Shown here in pieces: positions 32,120 through 45,964 of a DNA stretch of 64,000 nucleotides (the first letter of the stretch is position 1; each line of letters opens with the position of its first letter). Position numbers and translations under genes: made by a program. Under the pieces are notes generated by a model. The model saw only the letters and a program-made list of their open reading frames with translations. It was not told the origin of the DNA and did no database searches. Where the stretch lies: NCBI GenBank assembly GCA_963693365.1, contig CAVNZM010000014.1, forward strand, positions 806,001-870,000, in the 5' to 3' direction. The DNA is from Amoebidium appalachense (taxonomy: Eukaryota > Protista > Ichthyosporea).

Positions 32120-32590
32120 AAAAAAAAAAAAAAAAAAAGCCAACCCCCCCTCCAACCTCTCCCCCCCAGTCCATCTGTTTTCCTCTTCACGTTAACTCTT
32201 TTTTCCATTCCCACCCCCCCCCCCCCCCCACCCCCCCCCCAAGCCCATCTGTTTTCCTCTTCACGTTAACTCTTTCCTCCATTCTTAACTCTTGGAGTAT
32301 ATTCCCGTGCTCCCGAGTCGCAGACTCTGTGTAAGAGCCCATCCTCTAAACACAAATACACGAGTTGATAGAACACAACAATCTGATAACGACATACTGA
32401 TGAACACCCACAGTGTGGTCCAGTACCCAAACGAGTGACTTCTGGTGAACCGCAAAATGACAAGTGTAAGCGCAGGCAAGGTACAGTGTCCCCTTCCCTA
32501 CCCCTCTGCCCTCCTCCCCCCCCCTCCCCTGTCCCCATCCACACACACCACACACACACGCACGCACACACGCACGCACACACACACACA

Positions 32591-32734
<144 letters not shown>

Positions 32735-33045
32735 ACCACAACCACCACCACAACCACATACACACGCACGTGCCAAACAAAAATTTTTACTCCTGGCAAA
32801 CTAAACATAGGTGGTTATGTGGATATGCCTTTGTGCATTTGTCGAGTGGCACGGCGGTCTGCTTGCTACTTTTATTTGCACAAATACACTTGCATACGCA
32901 CACATGCGCATACGTGCACGAATCTGCAGCCAGGCGCACAAAACACCAACACATGCGCTTCCAAACGGATACACGCTTGCGCGTGCATACACAAGCACCA
33001 ACTTAAACACACACACACGCGCGCGCGTGCACACCCGCACGCACG

Positions 33046-33092
<47 letters not shown>

Positions 33093-33097
33093 GCGCA

Positions 33098-33140
<43 letters not shown>

Positions 33141-33189
33141 CGTGGATGCATGTGCACGACCGCACGCCCACGTGCGTGAACGCGCACGC

Positions 33190-33281
<92 letters not shown>

Positions 33282-33603
33282 GCAACCCCATTTCCCCCGT
33301 CCTTTCCTCCCTCTCTTGTTCCCCCTGCCGCTTTCACATCAGGCCCCCCCCCCTCCCCCCCTCCCCACCCAAACACACACACTTACCTTTTAAAACTTTT
33401 AACAATTTTAGCACAAGTCATTTAAGGTACTTTCTTTTATTATTCTAAAGAAGAAAAGGTAACCCCCCCCCCCCCCCCCCCCGGCGGGCCTGTCCACCTT
33501 TCTCAATCACGAAGTTGAAACAAGCAGAAGATAATTTATAAAAGAACAAGTTGACATGATAGAGTAGATTCATTAATATCTGCCCACCTTCTATCACCTT
33601 GTC

Positions 33604-33722
33604 GTGCTATCTACTGATCAAATATCCGGATTGGTGTATATCCCGACACTCTTGATTATCCGGGGATAATTGAGGGTGTCGAGATATCCAACAATCTGGA
33701 TATTCGCTTCGATAGATAGCAC
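33604..33722 (+). repeat. ~119-nt imperfect palindrome / long hairpin
   Basis: Nested arms GTGCTATCTA/TAGATAGCAC, AATATCCGGATTG/CAATCTGGATATT and CGACACTCTTGATTATCC/GGATAATTGAGGGTGTCG. Confidence 0.8.
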
Positions 33723-33779
33723 ATTTTCGTCTTTTATGGAAGTCGGTTGGTGCCTTTTGGTGAGTCGAAACATCTCCCC

Positions 33780-33816
<37 letters not shown>

Positions 33817-34001
33817 AAAAAAAAAGAAATAGAGAGAAGAAGAAGACGGTGAGAGAGAAACAAGCAACGAGAAAATGGGGGCATACTTTGGATCTAGATC
33901 TGCTTAACCGACTTACCCCCCCCCCCCCCCCCCCCCTCCCCCCCCCCCCTCCCCCCTCCCCCCCCCCCCCCCCCCCAAAAAAAAAAAAAAAAAACACCCA
34001 G

Positions 34002-34078
34002 ATCCTCCTGATTAGGGAGATCAAACAAGATCTTAAGGCGGTGGATGGAGCATCGGTTAGAGTTGTTGGAAAGTATGT

Positions 34079-34112
<34 letters not shown>

Positions 34113-35871
34113 TCCTTCGGTCCCTCCCGCCCTCCCCACCCTTGTCCCCCCCTACTGCCCTACACGTCCCGGGTCAGGAACTGATTATCAATCGCATTTA
34201 ACCCCCCCCCCCCCCCCCCCCCCCTTGCCCCTCCTTCCACCTCCCACACCAACCCACCCACACTTCAGAAGAGATTTAAGAAAAGAGCAAAGAAAAGGAA
34301 TTCAATTCGACATGAAATCGTATGTTTAGGTACCCCTTCACCTCAAGAAAGGTAAGAGAGAAAGGTTTAGGCCACCTCTAACAAGGATTTTTTTTCCGGT
34401 GGTTGGAATCATCCCCCTAGTTCTACAAGTCCTTTTCCTTTGTTATTTTTTGTTTGTGGGGTGATAGTGGTGGTGGGGAATGGGTGTGATGGGGAGAGAA
34501 GGGGATGGGGGAAAAGGGAGGAAGGAAGGGGTGTACATCGATGAATTTTAACCCGCATTGTTTACGAGGTAGGTGTTAAGAATGAGTATATCACAAGTTT
34601 CGTTATCCAATCAATTTCGTTTGCCTATGGGCCTATCACATATTCAAGCATTGGAATGCCAAAATGCCCCAAATCTTGCATTAACCAATACGAGCAACAT
34701 TAGGCTGTGAACCCTATGGAAGGTCATTTGAGGAATGTCATTTGTAGAATGTCATTTTTGGAATGTTTTTGTAATGTCATTTTCGGGGTTTGCCCTCTAA
34801 CCATTGGCTGGCAGGCTGGTTCGTGTGGACATGGCAGCCAATCACGTGGTGCTGATGCACGAGGGCTATGAGCTGCGCATCGACACCTCGATCCTCGATC
34901 CAATCAACTGGCGCCTGTCTTCCTCGTTTCAGGTCATTGGCGAAGTTAGAGTAGAGCCTGTGCGTGCCCCCCCCCCCCCCCCATCCCCCTTTCCCCCTTT
35001 TTTTGTTGGTGTTTGGTTCGTAATTCCCTGATTCCCCTTTGGTGCGAATAAGCGAACGTTGGGGGGGGGGGAGGGGGGGGGGAGGAGGGGCGGGGAGGGC
35101 GGGCACCAAAAAGGTGGATGGGCGGGCGGGCCGGAATATATGTGTTCCTCACTATCTTCACTTTTTTCGATGTGTGTGTGTGTGTTTTGTGCTGGATTTT
35201 GTTTCTGTTTTTGTTTTGTTCCTATTTTTTTTTTTTTTGGCGGGAGGATGGGGGGGCGGAGGGGGGGAAGGGGTGGATAGGATAGCCCACGACTGTCTTT
35301 GCCTTGGCTGGACGTGTAAAGGTATGCAATAGGAGTAGAATTGCCAGAATGAAACACGGACATCTTTCCTGCTAAAGATAGAGGGGGCGGGGGGAGGGGG
35401 GATGAGAAGGTGTTCTTCCCCCCCCCCCCCCCCCCCCCCCTTGTCTCTTCCCCCCCTCCCCCCCCCCCCCCCCCCCCCCCCCCCAACATACACACACCCA
35501 ACAAAACGTGTCAGCCGAGTTTATACACACAAAAGACACAACTACGTCTACATTATTCCACCTACTCATCCGTGAGCCGTGTCTCTCGCTCTCCAGTATG
35601 TATTTGTTTTTATAACACATTTGTGTGCGCTTGAATGCTTGCACCCATCTTTTCCCACCTTCCTCTCAACATAATCACGTCATATGTGCATGGTATTAAC
35701 AGGCACGTACAGGGAGCACAGGATGGGGAGACTACAGATACAGGCAAGGTGTGGCTTCGTGCCCGTGTGGGCCGCTGTGTGGACGGCATGGACATGGGTC
35801 TATTTTTGGAGGCACTTGCAATACGCAGGAAATTTCTCGATCAGCCACCCACACCACAAACAGTGACATAG
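34002..35871 (+). CDS. TEN1: CST complex subunit TEN1 (OB fold); first coding exon not located
   Basis: Exons: ILLIREIKQDLKAVDGASVRVVGK / LVRVDMAANHVVLMHEGYELRIDTSILDPINWRLSSSFQVIGEVRVEP / ..GKVWLRARVGRCVDGMDMGLFLEALAIRRKFL..*. Matches the TEN1 pattern G-S-x-R-x-x-G-[RK]-L ... GE ... ARV..CV[DE]GM[DN]..L...A...R. Confidence 0.85.
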
Positions 35872-36222
35872 TTGGAAGATGGTGGCGTATGTGTGATTTT
35901 GTGTGGTGTTTGTGATTTCGGCTTTGTTTGTGAGTTTCTGTGGGTAAATACCTACGGTTTTTGAATGCATTAGATTGTCTCGACCTGTTGTACACTTATG
36001 TATCAAACGCTTCCACTCCTACTTCAAACCAGTGGCTACCCCCCCCTCCCCCTCCCCCAACACATCCTCGAAAGAAGAAAGGAGAACAGGAAGCACAACA
36101 AACAAGCACATACATATTCACACACACACATGGGCATGCGCACGCACGTACGCACGCACGCACGTACGCACGCACGCACTCACAGACACACAGACACACA
36201 CACGCACACACACACATACACA

Positions 36223-36283
<61 letters not shown>

Positions 36284-36291
36284 CCACCCAC

Positions 36292-36350
<59 letters not shown>

Positions 36351-37010
36351 GCACAAACATGCACAGGGGAGAGTTTGCTAACAATCATTATGCCACTAGT
36401 GTAGTGTAGGTAGGCAGATTTTGTACGCATACTGGGGTGGGTGTCACTGATATGCACGAATGAAACTGGTCTTTCATTGGATAGAAAATGACAGTTTACT
36501 CATGGTGAATTGCTCTCGTAAGCCTTTAAACCGTCCCCCTCGCCCCCTCCCACTGTATCCCCCCCCCCCCCCCCCCCCCCCCCCCCACCCCCTCCCCCCC
36601 CCCCCCCCCCCCCCACCCCCTCCCCAATCCATGCTCGAGTCTATCCCTTGTTTCTTTCCGAGTGCTATTTTGGGGGGAACCTCTTTAGTAATACTTAATG
36701 TTAGGCCATACACACCTGAATTTGTGTGTATACCGTAAGTTATGTACATTGATACCTTGATTTTATGTGAGAGGTCTAGGGAGCTAGAAATGTTTCATAT
36801 TTCATTGAATATTCCATGTCGATTAGTAAATTGGTTTTTTGCAATTGCTCTTTCCCGTAGAGCTATGGTAGAAATGGTACCGTGATCCTGGTAGGTTGTT
36901 GGGCTGGAAACCAGTTTTGCCTTATTTTGCTTCTGAAAATCTCGGATATTTCTCGATCGTACTTGTGTCTGATCACGATTGCCTGTGGATGGACAGGCAG
37001 GGATTCGAAA

Positions 37011-37049
37011 CAAGGCCTCCTAAATAGGTGTGCTATTTAGGAGGCCTTG
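37011..37049. mobile_element. 39-bp hAT-like micro-MITE
   Basis: Perfect 17-bp TIRs CAAGGCCTCCTAAATAG / CTATTTAGGAGGCCTTG with a 5-nt spacer. Exact 8-bp direct repeat ATTCGAAA on both sides. Confidence 0.85.
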
Positions 37050-37246
37050 ATTCGAAAGGGTTAGGTGTACACACGTGTGTGTGTGCGTGTGTGTGTTGGG
37101 GGGGGCGTGTGTGTGTGTGTCTGTGTTTGTGTGTGTCTGTGTCTGTGTGCGTGTGCGTGTGCGTGTGGTGGTGATGTGTGTGTTTGGGGGGGGGGGGGGG
37201 GGGGGGGGGGGAGGGGAGCCCTTTTAAGGTGGGGAGGGGGGGGGGG

Positions 37247-37282
<36 letters not shown>

Positions 37283-38186
37283 CGCGGGGAGGATCGATCA
37301 CGAGATCGGACAATCGAGAGGCTGGCAGATTGACACGGGTGCAGCTAATCGACCCCTGACTCAGTGACAGCCTGACTTGATTACCGAGATCGCATTCAAA
37401 TGCTCAATGTTTGCGTCCATGATTTTTTCGCTATGCCCCTCTGGTACAAAGTTTTGGGCCAAGCTTTCAAGTGAAGTTTCGTGACAGGTGTGGTAGACTG
37501 TAGAGCGACACAGCAAAAAGACTCGCACACTAGTAACCTTGCAGAAGGTAGGAGTTGAATGAAACTCTTTTTTTTTTTTTCTATTTAAACCACGCAGATC
37601 TAGAAATGACACTTGAAAAATGGCAACATGGTTGCTTGAATTCTGTTGTTGTGACTCGTTACATGTTGCATAATGCCAACGGAATGAGCCATGTAGGGTG
37701 GGTTTGGATGCAGAATGTGGTCCAGACGTGCGCGTTGGCGTGTGAGCGAGCCTGTGCTCATGCACCTTTGACGTGGTGTGCGCGTGTTTATGTGTGCGCT
37801 TGAGCGTGGAGTTGTGGGCCATCTATTGTGACGTAAAGATGTATGAAGGCGGAGGTGAGTAGTGGGTAGGGTGAGCGGATTAATTATTGGACGGGCCGGC
37901 GGGAAAGAGAGAAAGAGCAGGCAAATAAGTGGTTTTTGTTAATCCGTTCAAATCATCCAGCAGTCAGGCTGTTTACTGACTGTTTTACTTTAACGTGCCC
38001 ACTGTTTCATTCTGCAAAGAGAGATAGGGAAACGAGGGGAAAACTAAAGAAGAGGGTTCGAATGGGGTCTTGTGGCATGCGCCCTCTTTGAGTTGTGTGT
38101 GTTCTGTTTCCTTCTCTTCAATCATTTGCTTTTCTTTTCCTGAAACGTTCCCACCCAGCTGTCGGCATGTTGCCGTACCGTGGAAG

Positions 38187-38817
38187 ATGACGGAAAAACG
38201 AAAGCTTCAGCGTAGGCAGCCCCCCCCCCCCCCGCCCCCTCTGTCTAGCTCTTTTCTCTGTCCCTCTACTTCCCTGTCCTCCTTCTCAACCCCCCCCGCT
38301 CTCGCCCCCCCTCCCTCTTTCTCTCTTGCACTTCTCGCTCTCTCTGTCCCCCCCCCCCCCCCCCCTCCCCTCCCTCCCCTCGCGCCCCCCCTCCCCCCCT
38401 GCCTCACATCCCCATATCATCCCCTAAAAGCATCAATACAGTTGTCGTTCGATGGTGATGGTGCGGGGGGTGGAGGTGGGAGGAGGCGGCGAACACACAC
38501 ACACAGACACAGATGCACTCCCAAAACACAGGGAAACACACGGAAAGGGGGAGTTGAAACGAAAAGATGGGGACCCAGTGAGGGTGAGTTTTTAAATGTT
38601 TTTTTGGTGGGGGGTGGGGGGATGGGTGGGGAGGACAGGGGGAGGGGGGGGGGGAGAGGGGGGGGGAGGGGGGGGAGGGGGAAAGACAGGGAGTGGGGAG
38701 AGGGGAGGGGGAAGGGGAACTCAAGGGAGGTGTGGGTGTGTCTGGGGGGGGGGGGGGGGGGGGGGGGAGGTAAAGGGATGTATGGATATAGAGAGAAAGA
38801 GTGAAAGAACAAGGTAG

Positions 38818-38848
<31 letters not shown>

Positions 38849-40030
38849 GTTAAGCTCTGACACGTACACCTTTCGCAGAGGAAATTGAGCGAGTGCTCAA
38901 AAGGGTGGCGGAGGGAGTGGAAGAGTTTGAGGGGTTGTGGGACAAAGTGCACACTACCTCTAACTCGGCACAGAGAGAAAAGTTCGAGGTGTGTGGATGG
39001 GTGGGTGGTTGGATGGGTGGGAGGGGGGTGGGTGTGTGTGTGTTTGGGGGGGGGGGAGGGGGGTAGGTGTGCGGGTTGCGGGTGGGTGTGTGGGTGTGTG
39101 GTTGGTGGGTGGGTGGGTTGGTGGGTGGGTGGTTGGGTGTGTGGGTGAGTGTGTATGTGTGCGTGTCCAGATATGTACGGGGTCTGCAAGCGTAGATGTG
39201 TTTGTAGAGTTGTAGCAAGGGGACGGAGAAGAAAAGAAATTTGCGTGTATTTGTGCGTCTTTGCTCATCCTGTATGTACACGCAAGGGAAGACCGGAGTG
39301 AGTGTAAAGAAGCATGGTGTGGTTGGATAAGAAAGGTGGTAGGTGGGAGTAAAGGTGTTTCGGGGTTATAGGCTCAAGTTTCCTATTTCAACGGAGAAGC
39401 TTCATTGTCCCCCCCCCCCCCCCCAAAAAAAAGGGGGGGGGGGGGGGGGGGAGAACATTTATACACACACACACAGGCATACAGGCACACTTTTGCACCT
39501 GCATGAGGGAAGGTGTAAAAATGGACCACTTCTATGTCTGGTCACGTGGTGGGCAGTTTAGTTTGGTGGTGATAGTTGGGGGGGGGGGGGGGGGGGGGGG
39601 GAGGGGGGGAGAGAGATAGAGAGAGAGAGAGAGAGAAGGGGGGGAGGGGAGGGAGGGGGGAAAAATGTGTGACGAGGGAACTGACAATTTTTGTGTGTTC
39701 CCAGGGAGACCTAAAAAAGGAAATCAAGAAGTTGCAGCGGCTGCGAGATCAAATCAAAACATGGCAGCAGTCGAACGACATCAAAGACAAGAGCGACCTG
39801 TTGAAAAACAGGAAGCTCATAGAGACGGTGAGGTTTTTTCCTTTCTTTCTTTTTTTTTTCTTTTTTTTTTGGGGGGGGGGGTTGTCCGGGGTGGTGGTGG
39901 TGGTGGTGGTGGTTGGGGGGGGGGGGGGGGAGGGGGGGGATCAAGTGTGTTCTGTAGAGTGGGGGGGGGGGGGATGGGTAGACCTTATTTGGGTGGGTGG
40001 ATGGGTTTGGGATAGAGGGGGAGATGTTCT

Positions 40031-40074
<44 letters not shown>

Positions 40075-40785
40075 TGCTAGAGAGGGAGGTGGAGAGAGGG
40101 AGCGTGAGTGTGGGTGTGTTTGTGTCTGGTGTTTTCCGCGCGGGGGGGGGGGGGGGGGGGGGGGGGTTGGTGCCGGTGGTATGTGTGGCTTTGTGTGGAG
40201 GCAGAATAAGTGTGTGTGTGATTGCTTGTGTATGTGAATCGCTGTGTGTGTGTATACATGAATATATGAATATACATTTAATGATTATTTGTCCCCGCAG
40301 CAAATGGAGCGGTTTAAGGTGATGGAGAGGGAGATGAAGACAAAGACCTTTTCAAAGGGCGGACTGAGTATGGCCTCAAAGGTCGACCCGAATGCAAAGG
40401 TATACCCTCCCACCCCCCGGTAATGTGTTTTCTCTGTTCCGAGTCGAGCCGTGGATGAATGCACAGGGGGCGCGAGCAGGGTTGGTGTAGCGGGTGGGAT
40501 TATTGGCGGGCGAGTGTGTGTGTGTGTGTGTGTTGTGGAGGGGGGGGGGGGGGGGGGGGGGGAGGGGGGGGGGGAGCGGAAGGGTGCATGGGAACTCACA
40601 TCTTGCCATGGCAGTAAAAGGCCGTGAGCACACCATGTTCCAACAGGAGGAGGGGGGGAGGGGGGGGATAGATATATGTAGATATTGTGATAGTGAGTAT
40701 GCTAGGACTTGGCAAAGCGGCCTGTTCTTTTTCCTGTTACAGCACACAACTAATGTGTTTTATGATATACTGAATACTGACTTCA

Positions 40786-40816
<31 letters not shown>

Positions 40817-40989
40817 TTCTCTCTGTGTGTGTCTGTTCTCTCTCCCTCCATCTTGTTTTTTCTCTCTCATCCCCCCCCCCCCCTCCCCCCTCTCCGTCAC
40901 CCTCCCCCTTGCTCGGTCCTCTCTTCTACCTTCTGCTGCTTGGAAACACGCACACACACTCTGTCTGCACGCATGCACACACATCTCAC

Positions 40990-41047
<58 letters not shown>

Positions 41048-41192
41048 CCAAGCAGGAGATACGGGAGTGGATCAACCAGTTTACGGACCAACTGACGATC
41101 CAGGTAGACCAGTTTGAGGCCGAAATTGAGGCTCTAAACTCGAAGAAGAAAAAGACGAAGAAGGAGGAAGGTGTGTCCATAAAGCCCCGTGT

Positions 41193-41233
<41 letters not shown>

Positions 41234-41317
41234 GGGTGGGGGGGGGGGGGGTAGGCCTAGCTCTAATCCCTCCGTCCCTTCCAGTCCCCCCTTCTCCCCC
41301 CCCTTTCTCTTCCTTCA

Positions 41318-41348
<31 letters not shown>

Positions 41349-42728
41349 GCGGGGGGGGGGAGGGGGGTTGGGGGAGGGGGGTAGGGTTCACCTTGTAGAG
41401 TTCAGCATGGATTGAGTGGGATACGCGAGGAGGGTGTGCAGGTGAAACCGTGGGAGAACGGGGGGGGAGGTGGGGAGGGGGGGCGGGGAGGGGGCGCAGT
41501 TCGACCTCGGCAGGGAACACTCTGAAATCCAAGATCTGATGGGCTTCAGTCAGGCGATGGACATCCCCCCCCCCCCTCGGGTACTGTGGATGACGTGGGC
41601 CCCCCCTGAGGATGGGCTCTGCTTATTATGCATACTCTTTATGTATGGCTTGCATTCTGCATCGTGTTATCCGTTTGTTCTTGTGTACTTCGTACTTTTT
41701 GACGCATTCAAACCCCCCCCCCCCCCCCCCCTCCTCCTCCCCCCTCCCCCCCCCCCTCCCCCTCCCTTCCCGGGGGAATAAAACCCGATGTATGGTTGGT
41801 ACGTGTACTTGCATGCATGGCAGGTTCTGTACAGCATTTTGGTCATTCATGCTCACTGAACACACACGCACATGCATACGCCGAACCCCTCCCGTCCCCC
41901 CTCCCCCCCCCCCCCCCCCTCTCCGCCCCCCGTCTATGTGCCTCCTCCACATTCCCCTGCCCACCCGCCACACACATGCACACGCGTGCAGGCCGGGAAC
42001 ACATACCCGTGCATACACGTGCACGCACAAACACACATGCACACCTACACACACCCGCACGCGTATGTTTACACACACGTACAATCACAGAGCGTGTGCA
42101 CCATCTCGACATGAGCATTGCCCGGCACCGGGACCACGAGAAGAAGTTGGAAATTATTCTGCGCATGCTGGACAACGATTCACTGAACGTGGAGCAGGTG
42201 TGTGTGGGCACGTGTGTGTGGGTTGGGGGGTGGATGGGGGGGTGGCTGGGTGGCCGGGTGGGGGGGGGTGGGTGGGTGGGTGGGGGGGGGGGAGGGGGGG
42301 TAGGGATGTGTGTGTGTGTGTGTGTGTGTGCCTGTGCCTGTCTGTGTCTGTGTGTGTGTGTGTCACACACTCTCTGTGTGGGTCTGTGTGTGTGTGTGTG
42401 CACGTATGTAGATGTATGTACGTGTATGGAGGTGTGTGTGTGTGTACGAAAGTCTGCTCGTCTGCATGTGCTATGTTGGCGTGTGTGTGTTTGCAGTTGT
42501 ACGTGTGTGTATGTGCATGCGCACGTGTACATGTGTGGTTACACCGACAATCACTGGCTGACACACGCACAAGCACATATGCTTGCATGCACACGCACAC
42601 ACACAACACACCCGCACACACACATGCACATAAGGCCAAATCCACATTCCTCTACACATGCCTACGGGAACTTTAGCAGATAATAATCTGTTTATGTCAG
42701 CACACGTGTGCACATGCACACGCGCGCG

Positions 42729-42788
<60 letters not shown>

Positions 42789-44994
42789 GATGAGCTTAAA
42801 GACGATCTGGACTACTACCTTGAAAACAACCAGGAGGCCGACTTTAACGAAAACGAATACCTCTACGATGACCTCAACCTCGATCTGACCATGCAGGACG
42901 ATGACGACGACGATGATGGTAACGAAGATTTAAATTTTATATTTATATTTTATTTTTATTTTAGCTTTATTTTGACGAGGGGAGGGGGGAGAGAGGATGG
43001 CGCGGTAATTTTTTTATCTGCCTCAGTGTTCTGTGCTGGAGTTATGAACCCCCCACATCCTCTTGGCACGTGCAAGCCCCCTTCCCCTCTCCTTCCGCGC
43101 AATTAATGAGTGTGTGGGGGGGTGGGGGCTATTAGCTGCATGGGCTGCTTCTATGTCCCCAAGTGTTGGTGTTTGTTGCACGCACACGGGCGCTCCCCCT
43201 TGTTTTCCCCTCCCTCTATTTCCGCTGTTTTACCCCAGGTTAAAGGGGCGGGCAAAAGGGGGGGGGGGGGGGGGGGAGGGGCTGCAGGGGGGGGGGGGGG
43301 GGATGAATGTGGTCTGATTGATTGGTATGCAGAGAGCCAAGGAGATATGGATGAAGTGAAAGAGGAGCCCAAGGACAAGAAGAAATCAAAGAGGGACGAC
43401 AAGGACGAGGAAGAGGTATGCTTTGCACCAAACCCCCCCCCTCCCCCCCCCCCCCCCCCCCCCCCAAACACACACTGCCTTATTGGCAATACACATGCTT
43501 CTTGGCCACCTGCGTCTTGATTCAAGAGCAGCAGCCCCCCCCCCCCAAAACACACACTGCCTTATTGGCAATACACATGCTTCTTGGCCACCTGCGTCTT
43601 GATTCAAGAGCAGCAGCCCCCCCCCCCCCCCCCCCCCCCCCCCAAACACACACTGCCTTATTGGCAATACACATGCTTCTTGGCCACCTGCGTCTTGATT
43701 CAAGAGCAGCAGCCCCCACGGGTTGACCCACCCAAGTTCAGTTGATGCTGCTGTCTGAGTTGGAGCGTCGTATATACGCGGGCTAAGGGGTCGAAACTCA
43801 GACGCAATTGATGACTTGGGCCCTCCCTGAGGATGGGCTCTGCTTATGACGCATACTGTGCGCATGGCTGATGCTGCATAGTTGAATGTTTGCCTTTGCA
43901 TGTGTCCTGCACCATGCTTCTCATCGTGTATGCGTACTTCGTACTGTGTTCCGCATTCAAACCCCCCCCCCCCCCCCCCCCCAAACACACACTGCCTTAT
44001 TGGCAATACACATGCTTCTTGGCCACCTGCGTCTTGATTCAAGAGCAGCAGCCCCCCCCCCCCCCCAAACACACACTGCCTTATTGGCAATACACATGCT
44101 TCTTGGCCACCTGCGTCTTGATTCAAGAGCAGCAGCCCCCCCCCCCCCCCAAACACACACTGCCGTATTGGCAATACACATGCTTCTTGGCCACCTGCGT
44201 CTTGATTCAAGAGCAGCAGCCCCCCCCCCCCCCCCCTCCCCCCGCGGCCGCCCTCCACCCATGAATCCTTATACATCCCCAACACTCTTTAGTGACGGTG
44301 TGTGGTAGGTTGGAGGAAGGTAGTGTTATGTCACCACCTCAATGCTCTCCTTTGGCAACTCTCTCTCTCTGCTGGTTTGTAACAGAACTATGTTTTTTAT
44401 TTGTCCTCCCTTTGGGTGTTCCCCGGAGGACGGGAGGGGGGGGGGGGGGGGGGGGGAGGGGGGAGGCGGGGGTTGTGTCTGTATGTTTGTGTTGGGGGGG
44501 GGGGGGGATTACTCTTACACTATTAGGCGATGTGTGGTGCACGGGCCTGTGCTGATTGGTGGGTGGGTGCAGAAGCAAGAGGTGACGAAAAAGCCAAGTC
44601 TGACAAAACAAGGTAAGCTCCCACTACTGTGGAATACATGCAGATGGTGCTTGCAGAGGGATTGTGTGGGCTATTTTTCCTTCTTCTTGACCACCCCCCC
44701 CCCCCCCCCCCCCCCCTCCCCCCGAAAAAATTAAAAATAAAAATAAGAAATAAAAAAATAGAAAACACCACCACTGCCGCCTCCTTGAGTTATTACTGTT
44801 TTCTGCCCGTGATCGGGTGACCTGCGCTGTTGCACATCAGGATGTGTAAGGCTCTTCTCTGTTCTTCGAATATCGAGTATGGACCGTTTCCCCCCCATTT
44901 GTTGATTCGTGTGGAAGTGTCAAGTTTGAACGGCTATGCATGCAGGAGGGGTTGGTGTTAGGGTAGTTGACGAGTTTGTTCGAGTTTTTTTTTT

Positions 44995-45060
<66 letters not shown>

Positions 45061-45199
45061 CATATGAGTGACCGGGTTGCTATGGATGCAGTGTCGATTC
45101 CAAAGGGCACGGCAGCAACCCCCCAGCCACAGCTCGCAGCCACCCGCACACCATCACGTACGTGGTCTCTTACTCCCCCCTTCTCTCCCTCCCTCCTCC

Positions 45200-45230
<31 letters not shown>

Positions 45231-45737
45231 GTACACAAAACACCACCACCACCACCACCATAAGAGGGAAAAAAAAGGAAAGAGAGAGAGGATGATAGAG
45301 AGATATATATATGTAGGGGGAGGGAGGGAGGGAGGGATGGAAGGAGGAAGTGAGGGGGAGAGGGAGGGGGGGGGGGGGAGGGGAGAGGGGAAAGAGGGAG
45401 GGGGGAGGGAGAGGGAGAAGAAGGGGGGAAAGAGAAAGGGAAAGGGGGGGGGGGGGGGGGGGGGGGGGAGGAGAGAGAGAGAGAGAGAGAGAGGAAGATG
45501 TACTGAAAGAGGAAAAAAAGACGAACAAAAGAGAAGAACTGTGTAGGGATTTCTTGTCTTAATCCTCTGCTTACCACGTACCGAATTTCTTACATACCCA
45601 TTACTCGAGCACACCCAGGCACCCACTCTCACCTCACCCACCCACACCTCAACACTTACAGTAAAATCCCCCCCCCCCCCCCCCCCCTCCCCCGCGCCCC
45701 TCCCCCCCAAACAAAAAAAAATAAAAATAAAATAAAA

Positions 45738-45814
<77 letters not shown>

Positions 45815-45901
45815 CCCCCCCCCCCTCGCCCTCCCCCCCCCCACACACACAAACACACATATACCCCCCCCCCCCCCCCTGCGCCCCCTCCCCTTCCCCC
45901 C

Positions 45902-45964
<63 letters not shown>

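Noticed and set aside
43466-44219. CRISPR-like repeat/spacer array
   Set aside because: The spacers are just poly-C, the context is a eukaryotic intron, and there are no cas genes.
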